Under the pieces are notes generated by a model. That model was not told where the DNA came from, searched no databases, and saw nothing but the letters and a program-made list of their open reading frames with translations. A program made the position numbers and the translations under genes. 64,000 nucleotides of DNA, taken from Vezdaea acicularis. Taxonomy: Eukaryota. The stretch is from NCBI GenBank assembly GCA_026025075.1, contig JAPEUI010000082.1, positions 1-64,000 on the forward strand, in the 5' to 3' direction. Positions 1 through 12,535 of the stretch are shown here, in pieces (within the stretch, counting starts at the first letter, position 1; each line of letters begins with the position of its first letter).

Positions 1-316
1 GGTAGGCGGGCATGTTAAAGGGGGGGGGGGGAGGCAAGAGTGTGAATTGTGCTTTTATGAGTGGGGAAAGGAAATAAGGGAAAGGAGAGGAAAGGAAGAT
101 CACGAGGGTGTGAAGAGTACATGGATAATTGATGAGTCTTTTCGATCCCCCAGCGTTTTTTTACATGATTGTTCATGCTTTCTTTTCGTAAAGAAAAAGG
201 AGCTATTCCTACCCCACTCCGCTTCCGCTTCGTATCATAACGCCGTTTTTCTGGGTTCCCCATATTTCTAAGGGTCCCAAAAAAGTAAATACACGGGTTC
301 TCCTACTTTCCCCTAT

Positions 317-2062
317 CTACTCAGGCGCAGCGTCTTCGATCTCCACCTTCTCAAAGTCCTCAGCCACGTCTGCTGCAGCATCCTTCTCTTGTGCCAATTC
401 GGCCGTGGCGGAAGGTTCGGCGTTTTTCTGCGAGACCTTCTTACCGACATCTTTGGAGCGGCCGGCGTTTGTCTTCGTTTCCTTCGCTGGTGGGCTGGCG
501 GGTTCGTTTTCCAGGCGTTCGATCTCCTTCTTCGCTTTGGCGATGTTCTAGAGATAGAATTAACAAACAAGGTCCCGTGTATTGCTTGTTGTGACATGAA
601 CTTACTTCCTGCGTCTTCTTATCCTGGTCTTCTTTCCAATGCGCCAGCTTAGCCTTCAATTTCTCAACCGTAGAAGGGACGTCCGCCTGGCTCATAGGCG
701 TCTCCACGTTGACTTTCCCAAGCTCCTCAATGACACCGATCGACAGGTTGAACTTGCCCGTTTCGGGTGGTGTAGTCGTGTCCTTATCTTTCGCCGCGCC
801 CTTCTTACCCTTCTTACCCTTCTTCCCGCCTCCGCCCATGAAGTACTCTTCTTCGTCTTTCTTCACGACTTTCATGCCTGGGATTGTGTTTTCCACTTTC
901 CGTAGAGCCTGCGCAGCAAACTTCCCGGGCTGAGCGAGAGTCGCAGAGGAACCAGAAAAGGTCGGGTCAAAGTAGCGTAGTAGCCCCTCCGCAGTCAAAA
1001 TCTCATCCACGTAGGCAGGTGCACTAGCTTCCTCAAGCTTTTGGTCAGCAACCCTCCGCCGCTTTTCCATCTGGTAATTTTCTCTCTCCGCCTTCTGCTT
1101 CTCTTGCCGAGCCTTCCACGCTTCATTCTCATATTCAGACACCAACTTCTTCTGCTTGTAGTATGCATCCTTGACTGACTTTAGGGCAGACCATTTCTCC
1201 TGTTGATCGGCTTGAGCTTTACTTCGTTCGTCGCGAAGGTCCTTGATACTTTTGTAAGCGTCGTCCTGTTCGGCTTTGATCTGGTCGAGCTCAGCCGCAA
1301 TCTTAGTATACTCTTCGCTAAGAGCTCTAGAGTGAGGGTCATCAAGCCCCTTCTTGAGCTCGGCAAGATCGACCTTGATCTTATCGATGTCTTTGGTAGA
1401 CTCATCCAAGCTAGCGAACCCTTTTCTTTGACGACGGAGGCTAGAGATATCGTTAAGAGCCTTCTTTTCGTCGACCAATTTCATTTTTGCCGAGTCGACC
1501 TGCTTGGACAATCGTTCGATCTCGCGGTCAATCTCCTCGACGCTTTTGAATGGAATTTTACTTCGCGCATTCTTGGACTCAGCGATGCGCTGCTTCAACG
1601 TAGCGTCCAATTGGCGAATCCTTTCATGCAGATTACCTTTACTAGACTTCAGGCCCTGTTGCTCGGTTTTGATTTCACTGAGACGAGACCGAAGTCCCTG
1701 CTGGCGTTTCGCGGTAGGTGATTCCTTGTCGTATGGCTTTGCTAGATCAAGCTTTGCTTTTACAGCATTCTGTGGCAGAAGTCGCAAGTTAGTGATATGA
1801 CACTTTGTTAATCCCAAGCATCAAGTATGACAGCTACTAAGGCGTATCGGCCATGTGCAGGGCACACTTCATAGTATGCGGGTAACGACAGGCTTACCAG
1901 CTTTTCTAGTGCAGTAGCGAGCTCCTTCTCGGCTTTTGCAAGGTCATCCTTGTATTTAGCCTCATCGGGCTTCTCTGGCTTGGCTTTCTGGGAACCAATT
2001 GGTGGTGTGGAGGTACCTGTTGTGGACATCGTCGCAGCGGACAGCGTTGCTACATCCGCCAT
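317..2062 (-). CDS. BFR1: Nuclear segregation protein Bfr1-like coiled-coil protein (3 exons: 2062-1898, 1769-606, 547-317)
   Basis: Long K/E-rich coiled coil with Bfr1-family motifs (MKLVDEKKAL, EEASAPAY.DEILTAEGLLRYFDP, EEYFMGGGGKKGKK, KFNLSIGVIEEL). GTAAG...CAG/TAG introns join ORFs 1808-2062 and 441-1817 to a final exon ending ...EIEDAAPE*. Confidence 0.85.
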
Positions 2063-2504
2063 GATTGAAGTATCAAGTGAAACGGTGTTCGGACGAAGCA
2101 GGGAGAAAGTGAGGTGAAGTCAGTTGAATATGGCCAGCGAAGCAATAATCAGCAATGCTAATGCCTGAGTGCGACTACTTATACATCTCTAGTAAGACTG
2201 CTGGAGGGTCGGGTTGTGACGTTGTTGCTAATGGAAAGCGAAGTGCTCTTCGATCCCTGCTTGAAATATATTTCTGTGCGGTGCTAATGAACAGCTAGAC
2301 GGAAGAAGCCGAAGCTGTGGTTCTTAGCGCGTCTTTATTTCTTCTGGTCGTGTTCGGCGTTCAACATCCCGGCTTTATTTCTGTCTAGTCATGTTCAGTC
2401 TTCAACCTTCGCAAACCATTCTTGAAATCAACAAAGACACTCGACTTTAAAAGACTCCGTTGATAGACTTCAGGATTCTCAACCTCCCCTGAAGCTTTAC
2501 AAAC

Positions 2505-3365
2505 ATGTCTACGGAAGCTGATGACGAGGCGGCCCGCCTCGTAGACGAGAAAACGTTCACCGAGCTCTGGCGTGTATGGCGCACCATCAATCAGATGATA
2601 AAGGATCGAGTGCGCACGACTGCCCAACGATTGTACAGGTGAAATTGACTGACCAGACAATCAACAGGGCTATGAGCTTTCAGATGAAGAAGTCAATATC
2701 ACTTTAGACGAGTTCAAATCGCAGTTCTCTACGGAAGATGGCAAGCCTGAGTGAGCAACCTTCATACTCCACATTGCCTCACTAGAGTCTACATCAAGTC
2801 TGTATACTGACCAAACTACCATGGTAGCCGCACTAAACTTCGTCTTTCTGCACGCCCTTCTCTCTCTCTGCTTGAGAAATATCGTGACGCGCCTACGGAG
2901 GAAGTGCCAGACCCGCCCGACCCAAAAATGGGACTTCTCTGGGTAGAGTTCAACGGTGACTTCGCAGTTGGTACACCTGAAATCAGAAAGTTCATCCATT
3001 TCCTCGATCAGAACAAATACACCCACGGGATCTTGGTCACCAAACACCCGATCTCAGCTCACGGGATGAAGCAGCTTCTATCCCCGCCACCAGAACTACG
3101 GAGTATGACCTATGAGAGCTTCCTGGAGTCGGATTTACTAGTAAACATCACACACCACGAGCTAGTTCCGAAGCACGTGTTGCTGTCAAAAGTTGACAAG
3201 AGGGCGCTCTTGGAGAGGTACCGCCTAAAGGAGAGTCAGCTGCCAAGAATTCAGCGAGGCGACCCCATGGCGAGATATTTGGGACTAAGAAGGGGTGATG
3301 TTGTCAAGATCATTCGAAGGAGCGAGACAGCTGGGAGATATGCAAGTTATCGGTGGGTAGTATGA
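2505..3365 (+). CDS. RPB5: DNA-directed RNA polymerases I/II/III subunit RPABC1 (Rpb5); introns 2610-2667 and 2751-2827
   Basis: The C-terminus FLESDLLVNITHHELVPKH...LPRIQRGDP.ARYLGLRRGDVVKIIRRSETAGRYASYR is the Rpb5 signature. Spliced N-terminus reads MSTEADDE...LWRVWRTINQMIKDR/GYELSDEEV. Confidence 0.97.
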
Positions 3366-4211
3366 GAGTGATTGGGCGCTGAAAACAAAAGCGATGGGGG
3401 ATTAGGGGGTCATCCGCATATCGGTGGGAGCTAGGCGTTTATGAAACCAACCCTTGCCTGGATGGGCGGCCTTGGTTATATAGTACTCTCAATAGAATGC
3501 TCATACGACTTCCTATTGATTTAATATCTACCTTTCTTCATTTTAGTCTACGTCCAGAGCTCCAGATATGCCCATGTTTGATCCAATCGAGAATGACGGC
3601 CAAACCTTCCGCATCGACTGCAATTTGGTCCCAGTATGCATCTAAGCCTCAGCGTCGACTGTCTCCTTTGTAGCATCCAGTCTATCAAGATAGTCTCGAC
3701 GTACTTAAGGGCGCTAGCAAGAGTTCCTCCTGACTGGTCAGTACCTCCTTGACCTGCAAGAAGCTGGCAGTCTCTCCTTAACTCGCATTCGTAAAACCCT
3801 AAATGTCAATAGGTAGGAATCCTTGCGATTGGAGAGTGTTGCGATTCACATAAGAAATGCCAGCCCGTGAGGTGTGATGGAACCAGATCGCGCTCACGAG
3901 ACTTAGCTTCCCAAGCTCACGTTCTTTGCGAGGCTAGATTTACTCAAAAATCATGGTAATAACCTAAAGTGAACGAAGCTGATCTCATCCTTGCAATGGG
4001 ATGTGGAAAAGAGTGGGATCTGACCCGAGATATTGGGGGGCGGCCCTGATCTTCATCCTTATTAAGCTGTAATCTAATCTCGACCTCGGATGTGGATGCA
4101 GGAGCTGGGAATTGTGGGGAAAGCTCAAAGCCTGGGGTTCTTGAAATTAGCGCGTGCCGGCCCCACTAACCCCAGGAGCTTCTGTGAACCAATGGAGATC
4201 TACGATATTAA

Positions 4212-5735
4212 ATGGACGAGCTCGTTCAGCTTTTGAAGGATATTCTTCAATGTATTTTAGGTTCGGAAACTCCACTCATCCCATAAACGAAGCCCTCATC
4301 TGCAAGCGCCCGCTAACACTGGCCCACAGATTCTGGAGCTGATATCACAGAATGCGGAGACGAAGTGACAAGCCGGCTGCAGTCACGATGCTCCGACGTC
4401 CTAGGTCCGATATGCAATGCGAAAGAGAGTTTTTTCCTTGAGGCGAATCTACTGCAATGCGATGCTCTATTGATGCTCGCAAATGAGGAACTTCATGTCT
4501 TTCCATTCAAAGATGTCCGAGAATGCTGGCGCCGGTTGTTTACAGACGTCAGCATCATAAAAGCTATCAACATTACTTGGGCACATATCCTCGAGGGCCG
4601 GTTGGCGAACACCAAACTCGATCCTGCTACTGCGAGTACAGCGGATTCTGATCAAGACAAGTGGTTCAGCGACGTGGTGCAACAACTTGATATGGCAATT
4701 ATTATGACTGGCGCACCAGGCTCGAAGAGAAGAGAATATATCGAGGAGCTTCTCAGACTACTGCAACAGCGGACAAGGCCGAATATTCCCAACAAGGGAA
4801 TGGATGAGTATCTCCAGTTCAAGCTGATCACTCGGGACGTTCCAAATATCAAGTATCCGATTGAGCGCGTTTCTAAGATGACCGTGTCAAGCTTCGAGAA
4901 ATGGCTCCACAATTCAATAACCCCTGGGCTAGGTCCTTCGCCATTAATAATCACCGACTCCCTAGAGCACTGGCCTGCACTCTCCAACCATTTCTGGAAA
5001 TCCCCCAGCTACCTCCTCGACAAAACCTTCGACGGACGTCGGCTCATCCCCATTGAGACCGGCAGGAGCTACGTCGACGAGGGCTGGGGCCAGAAGATAA
5101 TCTCCTTCAAAGACTACCTAGACCACTTCCTCTTACCTTCGACAGCACCCCCCGACTTTCGCCCAGAGGTCGCATACCTGGCTCAACATGACCTGTTCAA
5201 TCAGATACCGTCCTTAAGAGCCGACATCAGCATTCCAGACTACTGTTTTGCGACACCGCCGCCAATTCTGCCCGATCACCCTCTCGCGGCAAAATTGGAG
5301 GATCAGAAACAGCTAGAGGTACCGCTACTGAATGCTTGGTTTGGGCCTGCCAGAACAATCTCGCCGCTGCACACGGATCCTTATCATAATGTTCTCTGCC
5401 AGGTAGTGGGAAAGAAGTACGTGCGGCTGTATAGTCCGCTTGAGCATGAGAGGCTTTACCCTCGCGGGCTCGATGAGAATGGGATTGATATGGGAAATAC
5501 CAGTCAAATCGACGTTGAGGAAATGGAAACAGATGAAGGAGAGAAACAGTTCCCTCTATTTGCTGGAGCAAGATATGTCGAAACCATCCTCGACGAAGGA
5601 GACTGTCTCTACATACCCGTAAGTACGGTAACTCTCCTTACCGATCAAAACGTGCTGACTGCCTTCAAGGTCGGCTGGTGGCACTACGTCCGTAGCTTGA
5701 GTATTAGCTTCAGCGTCAGTTTCTGGTGGAATTGA
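4212..5735 (+). CDS. JmjC-domain (cupin-like) 2-oxoglutarate/Fe(II) oxygenase, JMJD5/KDM8-like; introns 4261-4329 and 5619-5669
   Basis: Motifs GRRLIPIETGRSYVDEGWGQ, YLAQHDLFNQIP.LR.DI, NAWFGPA.TISPLHTDPYHN.LCQVVG.KY, YIP/VGWWHYVRSL..SFSVSFWW. The HxD...H metal triad is intact. Confidence 0.9.
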
Positions 5736-6315
5736 GACAGGGGGTTGGACATTTCTTCTTCGATTATGCAAAGTGGCAGAAATACAAGCAAAGCCACCTA
5801 ATCGCTAAAGGCGTATGATTCTTCAAGCAAACGCCAGTCCTCTACGATAATACGCAGGTCCTGTGTAAACGCCAAGACCTATTTCTTACGCCACCTTCCG
5901 AGGCTCTAAACCAACGGTTCAGTGTATTTACCTCCTAGGCTATTGACTCCTTCAACCTCGGTCACCCCTGGCTATTACAGTAAAATAGGGCCATTCTCCC
6001 TCCGACGTTCCCCGCTCTGCTGTGCCTTTGACTGTAGTCGGACGTCCTAGGATATGGAGGGCGTAAGATCTCCAGTTGCGAGATGTGTGGCAATGCTGCT
6101 TAGGCTTCGTACCCTTGGATTTTCGCGTGAGTCCAGAGGTCGCAAATTTCGACTGACAGTTTGACAAGTTGCTACATTGCTTCCTTCCTGTGCCTCTCCT
6201 TGTGTAAGTCATACATATACCCAACTCAATCCCATGTGGCAAGCCTGAGCAATATGACTGAAGAGAATGGCGATGATTTGGTGCTTATGAGAGCCATTGA
6301 CTCATATGCATACTA

Positions 6316-7266
6316 CTACCATGGCTCGTCGGGAATAGTGATAGCCTTCTCTTCGACTTCAGCCTCCCTCTTAGCAGTCACAGTCCTTGTCAACTTTCTC
6401 CTGAGTTTCTCCATCTTCCGCACATTTGCGCGATCTTCAAATAAACCTATGTCATCGAAGACATCAATGCAGAATTCCTTGAGCCCACGTATTTTAAATA
6501 TCGGCTGGATCCATCCCGCTTCTGGGGAGAGGTCAAGTGTGTCCATATGAATCCGTAACCTCAGACTGACCAAGCCCTTCATGTCGCACAGAAGTGGCCA
6601 GAATGTATACCATGTAGCGTTGTTATGTGGCTCGAGCAGTGTTGCATCTGTCTCGTTCGATCGATCGGGACCTGGAGGGATGACGAACGACCAAGCGAGT
6701 TGCAGGTGTTTGATGCTTTGGAAGCGCTGCGGGCGGATGGTATCGCGGAGGTACATCAAGACATTAAGGTTGTCCATGTCGAAGATGTTCTCGGTGTATG
6801 GAATGCTGATTGCTTCGTGATAGACCTGGCGGCACGTTCTGAGGAGGGCGAAATGCGCGCTGTCGAGCTCGAGTTGCTTGAGTTGCTTCGTGTCGAGGTA
6901 TTCGAATCTCAACGCAGAGACACATGTACGACCTGGGTCCCAAAAGCCTCTTGAGGGGTTCCTGCATTGTACGTGACCGAGCCTTCTGGGGACATGAACC
7001 AAGTGTATGACCTTTCCAGCAAGGACGTGTCCGTAAATCTTCAGCCGAATCTCAGGAGGTAGGCTCAGGAGGGCCGAGGTGGTCGCGTGAAACGATGTTG
7101 TTGAAAGGTTGATACGATTGTCCGGTAGCGGTGTGGGGCGGTGCTTGGTTATGCGTTTGAGCTTCTTTGTCCGTCTTCGCTTCTCGCGATGTCGCATGCT
7201 TATGGCCATGACGAGGAGGAGGGGACAGCAGAAGACGATGATGGTGTAGTCCAGACATGCTGCCAT
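6316..7266 (-). CDS. Fungal F-box-like/DUF7730-type protein with an N-terminal hydrophobic segment
   Basis: 316-aa intronless ORF with LLSLPPEIRLKIYGHVL and LLRTCRQVYHEAISIPYTENIFD motifs typical of this expanded fungal family. Confidence 0.7.
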   Translation of the reverse strand: MAACLDYTIIVFCCPLLLVMAISMRHREKRRRTKKLKRITKHRPTPLPDNRINLSTTSFHATTSALLSLPPEIRLKIYGHVLAGKVIHLVHVPRRLGHVQCRNPSRGFWDPGRTCVSALRFEYLDTKQLKQLELDSAHFALLRTCRQVYHEAISIPYTENIFDMDNLNVLMYLRDTIRPQRFQSIKHLQLAWSFVIPPGPDRSNETDATLLEPHNNATWYTFWPLLCDMKGLVSLRLRIHMDTLDLSPEAGWIQPIFKIRGLKEFCIDVFDDIGLFEDRANVRKMEKLRRKLTRTVTAKREAEVEEKAITIPDEPW

Positions 7267-8886
7267 CTTGGCGATGCCGCTATGAGCAGCGGTCGATGTC
7301 GGTCAGACAGTGTTGTAGGTCGAGTCATGGAGATACCTGGCTCTATAAGTTCAGGAGAGGTCTAAGGCTGTCTCCGCCTTGTGATACTAAGTTGCCTAAC
7401 CATTGACAGCTCGTAGAACGAGCCAGGATCTGTAGCCTCGGCTTGGACAGTAAGGCGTGAAAGCCTTGAGCTTATCCCCTCGATCCGAAACCCTTTGGAT
7501 TCGTATAGCCCAATAGGATAGGTACCGGAAATTTTATTTAATACTTAAAGGTCGAGCGTGGACATGCACGATCAAGCTTGGGCCGCCAGACGTCACAGGT
7601 TGCGTCAACTCGGCAATCCCCACTATGGTTAACCCCGGGTATTTACGACCTGAAGCCAGAATAGATCACAGCGTGTATCCTGATGAGAGAGAAATGTTGG
7701 TTAACAACCCTTAAGAGCGCGCAATGGAGTCTTATAAGAGAAGGAAATGAGATATGGGGAATTGGGAACGTATCCAGCTTATTTGGGTCCGGCACGTCCG
7801 AGAGGGTCGTTGTGATGCTCTGGTGGACCCTGGCGGGATCGCTTCCGTCTAGTTTGCAGCCCCACTGAAGCACGACTTTTTCTTGTTATGGGCTGAGGCA
7901 ACATCGCTCATGAAAAGTATGAAGAAACTACCCATGGATACCGACCATTGACCCTTGCCAAGCCAGGATCTTCTTCATTCATTGAATCAACAGACTCTAA
8001 TGGAGATCGACAGTACGATCAGACAGAACTACCAAGAAGCACCTAGCCAACAGTGCTTGTCTCGAACGCCCACGTTGTCAGGTCTCCATCATCAAGAGCT
8101 TCGTCATCCCTGAAGGTCTATCACCATTGAACATATTTATAAACCTACCATGCTTTGCGAAAATACCGATCTAGATGTACATGTCAGGGGCCACCTAGCC
8201 CCAGGAACAACAGTCAAGGAATAGGCAGGCTACATCCTAGTCACATGCTTAATACATCCCAAGTTCAAAACAGAGCAGATCAGGAATACAATATTTGACT
8301 CGATTGACTAAGTGTACAAGAGCTTTGATATCTTTTAAGATTATTCATATGTGACCGAGTCAAGCTTGTGGGTCTCGGGCGGAAACCGGATCTACTTGGG
8401 CAGAAGACGGCAATCTTTAAGTAAAGAAATGGAGGCACCGAAGAACTCAAACCCTCTCCGCAACCTTAACGATATTGCGGATAAGATAGTATTTTCCCCC
8501 AGGAGCTGGGAACAGAGAATTCACCCCCTAGGTGTTGGGAGGTCAAAGTCGGTGGTGGAGATAGTTCTGTTTGGTATTCGATGAATTTGCGTAAAGCATG
8601 GGGGTCGCCAAAACGATTGGCTGAAGGGGCCTGTATTCCCGCTTTTCGCGACTTTATCATGGCGCTCGAGAGCTACGAGATAAGGCTTGGTTGGTGTATT
8701 GTTACAGCTAGGTCAGTCGCACGAGCAGGCCCTCCATCCTTGTCAGGATGGGGCTGCATGTCTTTCCAGAGCTCTCAAGCCTGTCGAATGTCGGTGCGAC
8801 TCATGACTTTACAGTCAGAAATGTCCACCTTGAACCGTTGATACGATATTGGGTCGAACACATGCCATGGGCAACCTCTTACAGCC

Positions 8887-11800
8887 ATGGATCCAACATC
8901 GCCTAGGACCTCGCAGCCGGCCCTGAAACGCTCCCGCGACGATGCCTCTCCTCCGCCTGGTCTTATAACTACAGCTTCCCCGCCATCAGCGACACCGTCC
9001 ATAGCTTCAACCTTTCGCAATGTATCAGCTTGCAATCGGTGTCGACTAAGGAAAAATCGCTGTGATCAGCGACTCCCTGCTTGTGCATCATGCGAGAAGG
9101 CTGACGTGAAATGCGTGGGCTATGATCCTATCACAAAGAGAGAGATACCCCGGAGGTACGAGCCCAACTGAGCTGGCAGCTTAAGAAGTTTGCGTAACCA
9201 CGGCTATTACATCGTCCTTTTACGATCACCAAGCTGACATGTGATATGTGGCAGTTATGTATACTATCTGGAGACTAGGGTTACCTATCTTGAATCGCTC
9301 TTACAATCAAATGGCGTCCAATACTCTCCCGCAGAGACTCTCGACCTCTGCTCTCGGCCAGGTGTTGGACCTAACGCTGCTCCAACGCCTAGTGAGGAGC
9401 AAAGCATGATCCTTGGCGGCGATGGCACGACATCAGAGTACAGTTCTAGCAGCAAGAAGGAGAATGAAGCGGAACGACTCGATAGTCTGGTCTCAAACAT
9501 TGGGATGGTCTCGGTACAAGGCGCGTCTGACCCGAGGTATCTGGGCTCGACTTCTGGCATCTCTTTCGCAAGGGTAGTGTTTGCAGCTGTGAAGCAATCC
9601 GTCTCCAGTGCGTCATCGGAGCGAACGGGCGTACGACCGTCGAAACCGATCAATACCGGGACCGCCGCTGCGGGTGGTACTTCAATGAGGGACTCGTTCT
9701 TCGGGCTCCAGTCCAAGCCACACATCAAGCCTGCTCCTTTTCCGGATGAAGAACTGGGCTGGAAGCTTGTGAACCTCTATTTCGAGCATGCGAACTGTCA
9801 AATTCCTATACTTCATCGAGGCGAATTCGAAAAGCTGATCGCGCGAGTATATCGGACCGAAGAGAGTAACCGCACGTCCAGAGAACTTTACATGTCAAAC
9901 ATCGTCTTCGCCATTGGGGCTGGCATCATCTTCGGCAGCTCTGATCAGCAGCAGGACGATGAGCAAAATCTAGAGTCACCTATAACTAAGAAGCGTCGCC
10001 TATCAAACCACCAAGCGGCGCCAGAAGAGTATCATGCTTCTGCAATCGTCCACCTTGAATCATTCCTCGGATCAGCAACTGCCACAGACCGACCGGAGGG
10101 ATTCGGCGGCGGACTTGAAGAGCTGCAAGCTGTACTCTTACTAGCCAGCTTTGCCTTGTTAAGACCTGTGGCGCCTGGTCTTTGGTACATTGTTGGTGTG
10201 GCAGTCCGTCTGGCAATCGACCTCGGCTTGCATTACGAAGACGGCCTAGGCGTAGATGCAGGCAACGGAAAAGATTCACAGTTGCGCACGACAGAAGACG
10301 TCGCCATGGATTCCATCGATGGAGATTATCGAGCAGGGTTCAGGAAAAACGTGGACGCCAAGGAAAAGGGGCGTAGAGAGTGGGTTCGAGATCTTCGCCG
10401 ACGGTGCTGGTGGTGGTGAGCTCTTCGCAGACTTCGTTCCACCAGACTTAGCTAACGTTATGAAGTGTATACTCCTTCGATCGTCTAGTCAGCACATGTG
10501 TTGGTCGTCCATTCGGGATTACCGACCAAGTCGTAACCACAGAGTTCCCATCTCTTTTGGATGACAGATATATTACCACTGGAGGGTTCCTAACTCCAGA
10601 ACCTGGGGAAACTCCTACTAGCTACAAGCATGTCGCGCATCATTACGTCCGCCTACGCCTACTCCAATCTGAGATTCTTCAAGTCTTACAGCACCAACAA
10701 GCTCAACACGCAAGAGCACATGGCGCCAATATCGGCAACAAATACATGCACACCAAACTTCCATCCCCATTCCTCTCAAAATTTGACTCCTTTCGATCAT
10801 GGCGACAGGACATTGATCGACGTCTCTGGGAGTGGAAAGAGTCCGCCCCTACTAAAGCACAAACAGGCGTGGAATTCAGTCACGATTTCCTCGAACTAAA
10901 CTATTGGCAAACTATCATCATGCTTTATCGTCAAAGCCTCAGCGTACCTTTGCCACTTGCCAGTGAGGTCAAAGAGCATGATAAGGTCGAAAGTCCATCA
11001 GCTCTTACAGTCGAGCTCCGCGAAGATGAAGAAGGAGTCTGCGTCAAAGTCGCTGAGGCCGGCGAGCGTGTTCTAAGGCTCTACCGACAGCTCCATAGAA
11101 TGCGCTACGTCAACTACACCTTCCTTGCAACACACCACCTGTTCATGGCAGGTATATCCTTCCTCTACGCTATCTGGCACTCTACCGTCGTGCGCAGTCG
11201 TCTTTCTCTGGATGACGTCGACTTCACAGTTCTCGCCGCGACCTCCGTGCTTACAGACCTGATCGACAAGTGCCCACCCGCTGAAGCCTGCCGCGACGCC
11301 TTCAGCCGTATGTCCAAAGCCACTGTGCAGATGTGCATGTCGACGACAGGCTTTGGGTCGCAGGCAATCGGCCACTCGCATCATCACCATAAGAACCGCC
11401 GAGCTCAGCCCCAGCCCGCCAATACGATGCCAAGCCAGGACCAACGCTCAAGAGCGTTCGAAAATGCGCTGAGGCAGCAGCAACAATATCAGCCGGTCGA
11501 GAACTTGAGACCGCCAGTCCCGAGCTTCGACACGAACTTAGATATGCTGACCGAGGGGACCGGCCCCAATGGGAACGAGGCTAACGTAGGCTTCGACGGG
11601 TCATCCGGTCCCGCCGCATCGGATATCTCCATGATCACCACACCTCCTGCCCCACAATACAGCGAACCCTTCGCCCAACAGCAGCAACAGATGATTCCGC
11701 CCAACGTCGTCCCCGTCTACTCCCCCACAGCTTCAACGAGCGTAGACTCTGCATACAACGCCCTACCGCCCTCCTTGGACTTCGCAGGGATCGACTTTCT

Positions 11801-11969
11801 GGATGTGAATAACGGTGGAACACTGGATGCCGCGAACTATCAGGACCCCGGCGGTTTTCAGCTCGGCGGCTGGGACTTGGGAGGTGAGGGCGAGCATGAC
11901 TGGGCGGAAGGCAGCGGCTTGGATCTCATGGATGGGTTTTGGTTCGGTGTCGGCAGTGGTGGGGTGTAA
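8887..11969 (+). CDS. uaY: Zn(II)2Cys6 transcription factor, positive regulator of purine utilisation (UaY/Ppr1 family); introns 9156-9254 and 10416-10465
   Basis: Binuclear cluster SACNRCRLRKNRCDQRLPACASCEKADVKCVGYDPITKREIPR/SYVYYLE matches UaY as I recall it. Fungal_trans domain RRRCWWCVYSFDRLVSTCVGRPFGI; C-terminal DLMDGFWF. Confidence 0.92.
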
Positions 11970-12535
11970 TGTGGCGGGCATCGTGGCGCTCAAAGGGGAA
12001 AACGCCGGACAGCTGAGTTCAAGCATGGCCTAGGGCTGGGTTTTTTGGGAACCATATGCTTGCAGTCATCAGATCTGCGTTCGGAAAGCAGCGTGTCAAC
12101 GGAAGAACGGGGTCTTTCCTGTCTTAAATAGTTTCAAGAGATCGTTTGCACGGTTATGTAAGCTAGACCTCACGTGAAAATGAGAAACTATCCATTTAAG
12201 GACAGGATACTCGTGAAATAGGACCCAGAGAGAGCGCCGGTATTAGGATGGTATTCAGAGTATGATGTCCAATCATGTGTTATATGGGTATGCTCCCCAG
12301 TACCAACCACATAACCCCGTGCCTACCTTGCCAATCCAAAAGTTTGTAACTAAAAGCATTCCTGAAACGTAGTATATTCATCTCTCGTGCAGAGAGCAGC
12401 CCTACTCAGAAGTAAAGAAAAGGTAAACGGGAGATATTTTTGCGCGGTTAGTCCAGTACGCCGGCGCTCATCACCCAAAAACACGACTAGTCACATTGGA
12501 AAAACACAAAAACAAAGCTTAACACCATCCAGCCG

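Noticed and set aside
3979..4112. Degenerate direct repeat (CTGATCT.CATCCTT...GGATGTGGA, twice) upstream of the JmjC gene
   Set aside because: Only two short imperfect copies, not an array; cannot be separated from chance or a small local duplication.
8375..8390. Possible UaY autoregulatory site TCGG...CCGG upstream of uaY
   Set aside because: Spacing and sequence do not match the TCGG-N6-CCGA consensus.
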